Positions 16,244 through 19,971 of a stretch of 19,971 bases of DNA are shown here, piece after piece. Position numbers and translations under genes: made by a program. The stretch comes from Candidatus Hydrogenedentota bacterium. GTDB lineage: Bacteria; Hydrogenedentota; Hydrogenedentia; Hydrogenedentales; SLHB01. The notes below the pieces were generated by a model. That model ran no database searches. It was not told the DNA's origin and was given only the letters and a program-made list of their open reading frames with translations. The DNA lies in the NCBI GenBank assembly GCA_963745075.1, contig CAVUWV010000007.1, forward strand, positions 1 through 19,971, read 5' to 3'. Numbering within the stretch: the stretch's first letter is position 1; each line of letters begins with the position of its first letter.

Positions 16244-16684
16244 TTAGGATTCGCACTCCTGTTTGATGAGATCGAAAATCTGTGTCCAGCCCCCCGGCAT
16301 ACCGGTGCGGTGTTCTTCAAGCACGTTGCCCATGGCCTGATGCCGGAAAGTGACCCGCGTACCGCCGTCCATTTCCGCCAGCCGGATGATGATATGCCCG
16401 GCGACGGGGTGCGACATGCACGTGGGGCCGAAGAACTCCAGCAAGTCCGGCGGCCGGTACGATTGAACGAATCCCCACAGATGTCCCTTGTCGTCTCCGA
16501 GGTCCCGGTACCAACGCCCGCCCGGCCACCGCTCCAGCTTGAACGTCATTCCATTCCCGTGGTCATCGCCAGGAAAGTGGGTGAATCTCTCAATGATTCC
16601 TTCAAAGACCCGTTCGCGCTTCGCCTTGATATCCACCGTGAGATTCACGTCCAACGCCAATTCCATCATCGTTGCAGTACTCAT
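16244..16684 (-). CDS. SRPBCC/START (AHSA1-like) domain protein
   Basis: RBS AAGGAGGA. Motifs VDIKAKRERVFE, LERWPGGRWYR, WGFVQSYRPPDLLEF, DGGTRVTFRH and C-terminal GGW helix. Adjacent to ArsR, as is typical. Confidence 0.9.
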   Translation of the reverse strand: MSTATMMELALDVNLTVDIKAKRERVFEGIIERFTHFPGDDHGNGMTFKLERWPGGRWYRDLGDDKGHLWGFVQSYRPPDLLEFFGPTCMSHPVAGHIIIRLAEMDGGTRVTFRHQAMGNVLEEHRTGMPGGWTQIFDLIKQECES

Positions 16685-16766
16685 CGCACATCCTCCTTCA
16701 GTAAACCTTGCACCAATTCTTCACGTTGTCAGAGTCGGACCGGACCGTTCGGCCCGCCTCAAGAAT

Positions 16767-16805
16767 ATGTGACTAAATTATAACGTGACCTTATAATCAC
16801 GTCAA
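16767..16805 (-). promoter_or_regulatory. Near-consensus sigma70 promoter overlapped by tandem dyads (likely ArsR autoregulatory operators)
   Basis: TTGACG (16800-16805)-N17-TATAAT (16777-16782). Dyads ACGTGA-N8-TCACGT (16783-16802) and ATGTGA-N8-TAACGT (16767-16786). Confidence 0.8.
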
Positions 16806-16886
16806 GATCTTTAAATCAACTCAACTAAAAATAGAGGGCTGAAAAGCGGTAAGCTATTGAATTACAATGAGTTGATAGAAGATTGG

Positions 16887-18362
16887 TCAGACGCGCGTTT
16901 GGCCACCGCGTGACTCGAATGTCCGTTCGCGCGTGGCCAACCACTGGGTAAGTCGTTCCGTCAGCCTGAGCCGTACATCCGTTAATGCCCGGTCCGATAC
17001 CCGGTTATGCAGTTCGGCCGGGTCTTCCGCCGTGTCGTAGAGTTCAATACCGGGCCGTTCATCATCCGCCTCGTCGTAATGCCACACATTCAGTTTGAAC
17101 CGTCCGTCATAGACCATCGTCGCGTGAATCGGAGGGTCCCAGTATTGATGTCCCGTTGAAATGCCGGAGTTCCGATAACAGCAGACCGCGACGTCGTGAA
17201 CTTGCGCTTCCCCGCCAATCGCGAGTTCCAGAAGATTCCGAGCATCCGGCATTACTTCTGCCACTTCTTCGCGTGGCAGGCCCGCCGCCGACAAGACCGT
17301 CGCGGCAATGTCGTGCAATTGGACCAATGCCGGAATCCGTCCGGCAGGGATACGGCCAGGCCAACGCATGAGCAGCGGCACGCGAACGTTGGCGTCGTAG
17401 AAGAATGCCCCCTTCACCAGCAGTTCGTGATCGCCCAGCATGTCGCCATGATCGCTCGTGAACAGAACCAACGTATTGTCCGCCAATCCTTCCGCTTCGA
17501 GCGTGTCCAGTACTCGCCCAAATTCCAGATCGGAATACGCAACCGCCGAGTGATACCCGTGACGCATCGTCCGAATCGCCTCCGGTGAGAGCGAATCGAT
17601 ATCACCCAGATACGACGCGTGCCGTTCGCGATCGATGTCCGGCGGTTCTTCTTCCACATTCCGCCCACGGGGAACCGGATCGGGAATTGCCGCGGCATCC
17701 ACGAGGTCCCCCATCTCGCGCGGAAAATGTTCGTAGGGGTTGTGCGGCTCAAAAATACTCATCATGCAAAAAAACGGCCGATCGTCCGATTCATCATTCG
17801 CGCGATTCTTCAAGTATTCGATAGTCCGTTCCGCTGCCCAATAGGTCATGTGACGCTCGCGCGGCGGATGCAGCAGGTTGCGCCCTTCCACTTTGAGCTT
17901 CTGATAGAACGCGGAATCGCGCTCTTCCAACCATCGCGCGTACGCCTGGTACGGCGCATCCATTTGCAGACACCCCTCATTACAGGGCTCGTAGACATCA
18001 AATCCGTCGTGGGGATGCCGCTCGTAGGGTTCCGTCTTGGTCGATGACACGTGCAACTTGCCGAACAACGCGGTGGTATACCCCAGTTGCCGAAGCCGTT
18101 CCGTGAACAGGACCTCCTCCGCCGGAAGATGATCGTACAATCGGTACACTCCGTGCTCCGGAAGGTGCTTGCCCGTCATCATGCTCGCGCGCGACGGTGT
18201 GCAGATCGGATTGTTCACGTAACAGCGCTCGAAAACGACGCCCTGACTGGCCAACCGGTCGAGATTGGGTGTGTTCGCATACGGCACGCCGTAGCATCCC
18301 AACGAATCGAAGCGTTGCTGGTCGGTCATCAACAGCAGAATGTTGGGCCGTGTAGACGGCAT
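16887..18362 (-). CDS. Cys-type formylglycine-dependent sulfatase (S1), cytoplasmic
   Basis: RPNILLLMTDQQR, CTPSRASMMTG (CxPxR), GKLH, PHNPY, FTSDHGDMLG, RVPLLMRWPG, ELYDTAEDPAE. ATG 18362 follows AAAGGGA. No signal peptide. Confidence 0.95.
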   Translation of the reverse strand: MPSTRPNILLLMTDQQRFDSLGCYGVPYANTPNLDRLASQGVVFERCYVNNPICTPSRASMMTGKHLPEHGVYRLYDHLPAEEVLFTERLRQLGYTTALFGKLHVSSTKTEPYERHPHDGFDVYEPCNEGCLQMDAPYQAYARWLEERDSAFYQKLKVEGRNLLHPPRERHMTYWAAERTIEYLKNRANDESDDRPFFCMMSIFEPHNPYEHFPREMGDLVDAAAIPDPVPRGRNVEEEPPDIDRERHASYLGDIDSLSPEAIRTMRHGYHSAVAYSDLEFGRVLDTLEAEGLADNTLVLFTSDHGDMLGDHELLVKGAFFYDANVRVPLLMRWPGRIPAGRIPALVQLHDIAATVLSAAGLPREEVAEVMPDARNLLELAIGGEAQVHDVAVCCYRNSGISTGHQYWDPPIHATMVYDGRFKLNVWHYDEADDERPGIELYDTAEDPAELHNRVSDRALTDVRLRLTERLTQWLATRERTFESRGGQTRV

Positions 18363-18420
18363 CGTGCGAATCCCTTTCGCTTGGAACCGCGGCGCACAAA
18401 GCACTCGCCAGAACGACCGT

Positions 18421-19896
18421 TCAGTGCGGATTGCCTTGCGCCGCGTACACCAGCAGCGTCTTCATATTCTGCACGAACGTCCGCGTGCTGATCCCCCGAA
18501 ACGTTCGGTGCGATTTGAATTTCCAGTCCGTGTAGTCGGGCACGTCCAAGTCTTCAATCCAGGCGCCGCGCTCGTCCATCGACGCGATCGACTCTTCCAC
18601 CGTCTCTGCGGATGGCGGATTTGCAGCGGCGCCCTTTGACGCCTTCTCGCGGTACTCCGCCATCGCTTCTTCCGGCGACAGGGCGCTCGCGCGTTCGTAC
18701 TCCCTGCGAAGTGCGGCGACGTCGATGGTGACTTGCATCCCGTAGTGCCCGGGAAAATCCTTGGGCACGTAATCGACCCAATAGCGCCCATGATCGATAT
18801 CCGTTCCTTCGCGGTGGGCATACAAGGGCTTGTCCGTTCCCACCTCGACAAATTGGGCGTGCGTGGCGGTATCGGAGTGGCCCTTCGGTAACCGCGCACG
18901 ATCCAGCCAGTCGATCGCGTCGGGGATTCCACGTAGAAAACGCCGGTCGCCAATCATCCCGTAGTACCGCATCAACGCATGGATGTTGGCGACGGTTTCG
19001 CTCGGCGCGAGACTCGCAGGTTCGAAACTTCGCGCCTGCGCCGGCTGGAGGTTCATATCGTATTGTTGCGCCCAACCCGCCTGAGGACTGCCCACTTGCG
19101 AAATCACCGTGAAGAACATCCCACGTACCGCCGCGTCGCGATAGCGCGGATCCCCCAGCTTTTCGTACGCCTTCATGAGAAAGGCGACGTTCCCCGCGTT
19201 CACGCCGTCATTAAACGTGTAGAACGACGTATAGTCCGGCCGCCCTTCGACGGCGTGTTCGTAATTGAGCGGATACCGTTGCGGCCAACCGCCTAACGGA
19301 TACTGCGCGTCCAAAACGAATTGCAGCGCCTTCTCCACCGGCGGCCGGTATCGCGGGTCCTGCGTCGCAGTGTACAGGTCCAACAAAAAATCCGCCGCAC
19401 CCACGGTCGTGTTGTCGTCAAAGGTCGCGTTGCCGGACCAGAAATAGAACTCTTCCCACCCCCATGCCTTGGACAACACGTCGTCGTACCACTGCTGCGT
19501 GCCGCTCGGATCGAAATCGATGAAGTAATGCCACCCTCCGCAGGGGAGTTGTCCCCACACCAACGCATCCGCCACCCCTTCGGCATATTGGAGAAACATC
19601 GGGTCGCCGGTCCCCTGGTACGCTTCGAGAAACACGCGGCCAACGCTCACGGTTCCCGGGTCCTGAACCCAGACCATCGTTTCGCGCGCCGGCACTTCCC
19701 CCCAGCGTTCGGAAAGATCTGCCGTGTACTTATCCACGAAGCCGCCACGATACGCGACGGTATTCATCATGAAATCGGAAGCCCGCTTCATGGCGTCCAG
19801 CACGTCTTCACGAGGAGGCGCCGCCAGTGCCGCGACGGAGCAGGTCACGACAGCGGTTGCGACAAACCAACGGGTTCCGAAACTTCCATGCCTCAT
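18421..19896 (-). CDS. Secreted pectate lyase-like protein (PL10, alpha/alpha barrel)
   Basis: Signal peptide. Motifs ATFDDNTT, AQYPLGGWPQRYP, TFNDGV, GWAQQYDMNLQPAQARSFEP. RBS AAGGAG. Confidence 0.88.
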   Translation of the reverse strand: MRHGSFGTRWFVATAVVTCSVAALAAPPREDVLDAMKRASDFMMNTVAYRGGFVDKYTADLSERWGEVPARETMVWVQDPGTVSVGRVFLEAYQGTGDPMFLQYAEGVADALVWGQLPCGGWHYFIDFDPSGTQQWYDDVLSKAWGWEEFYFWSGNATFDDNTTVGAADFLLDLYTATQDPRYRPPVEKALQFVLDAQYPLGGWPQRYPLNYEHAVEGRPDYTSFYTFNDGVNAGNVAFLMKAYEKLGDPRYRDAAVRGMFFTVISQVGSPQAGWAQQYDMNLQPAQARSFEPASLAPSETVANIHALMRYYGMIGDRRFLRGIPDAIDWLDRARLPKGHSDTATHAQFVEVGTDKPLYAHREGTDIDHGRYWVDYVPKDFPGHYGMQVTIDVAALRREYERASALSPEEAMAEYREKASKGAAANPPSAETVEESIASMDERGAWIEDLDVPDYTDWKFKSHRTFRGISTRTFVQNMKTLLVYAAQGNPH

Positions 19897-19971
19897 TACG
19901 TGCTCCTTGTGCTCGGGGACTGCAACTTGGCGGGCATCGTGAAAGCCATAGTTGGCCCATTCTCGGCATTG
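19896..19971 (-). CDS. Probable 3' end of an upstream gene (partial)
   Basis: Open frame ..NAENGPTMAFTMPAKLQSPSTRST* whose TAA overlaps the lyase ATG (TAATG). Too short to identify. Confidence 0.35.
   Translation of the reverse strand, partial: NAENGPTMAFTMPAKLQSPSTRST

Noticed and set aside
1..19971. CRISPR array, tRNA/rRNA, transposase, integrase, prophage or defence genes
   Set aside because: I saw no regularly spaced direct repeats, no RNA-gene signatures and no such protein motifs. All long regions are explained by the listed CDSs.

Overview
This is a gene-dense, GC-rich bacterial chromosomal segment. The secreted CAZymes, BNR proteins and sulfatase suggest a polysaccharide-degrading environmental lineage such as Hydrogenedentota or PVC (inference only). 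From left to right it holds: (1) a metal-homeostasis locus, with a P1B-type Zn/Cd/Pb export ATPase (minus strand, runs off the left edge, missing from the ORF track) divergent from a znuA-znuC-znuB ABC importer and a 117-aa His/Cys-rich two-repeat protein, plus an apparent C-terminal remnant of a Fur/Zur regulator between exporter and importer; (2) a tight minus-strand operon, DUF1080::GHL10 fusion - NHL/PAL-like propeller - GH29 fucosidase - alpha/beta hydrolase; (3) an orphan CheB with a degenerate receiver domain; (4) a BNR/sialidase-like protein; (5) two uncharacterised membrane proteins; (6) an SRPBCC-ArsR pair with a near-consensus sigma70 promoter, tandem dyads and a MITE-like inverted repeat; (7) a sulfatase and a PL10 pectate lyase. 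Three genes carry five single-base indels, which are most simply explained as sequencing or consensus errors. I saw no rRNA, tRNA, CRISPR array, transposase or integrase.
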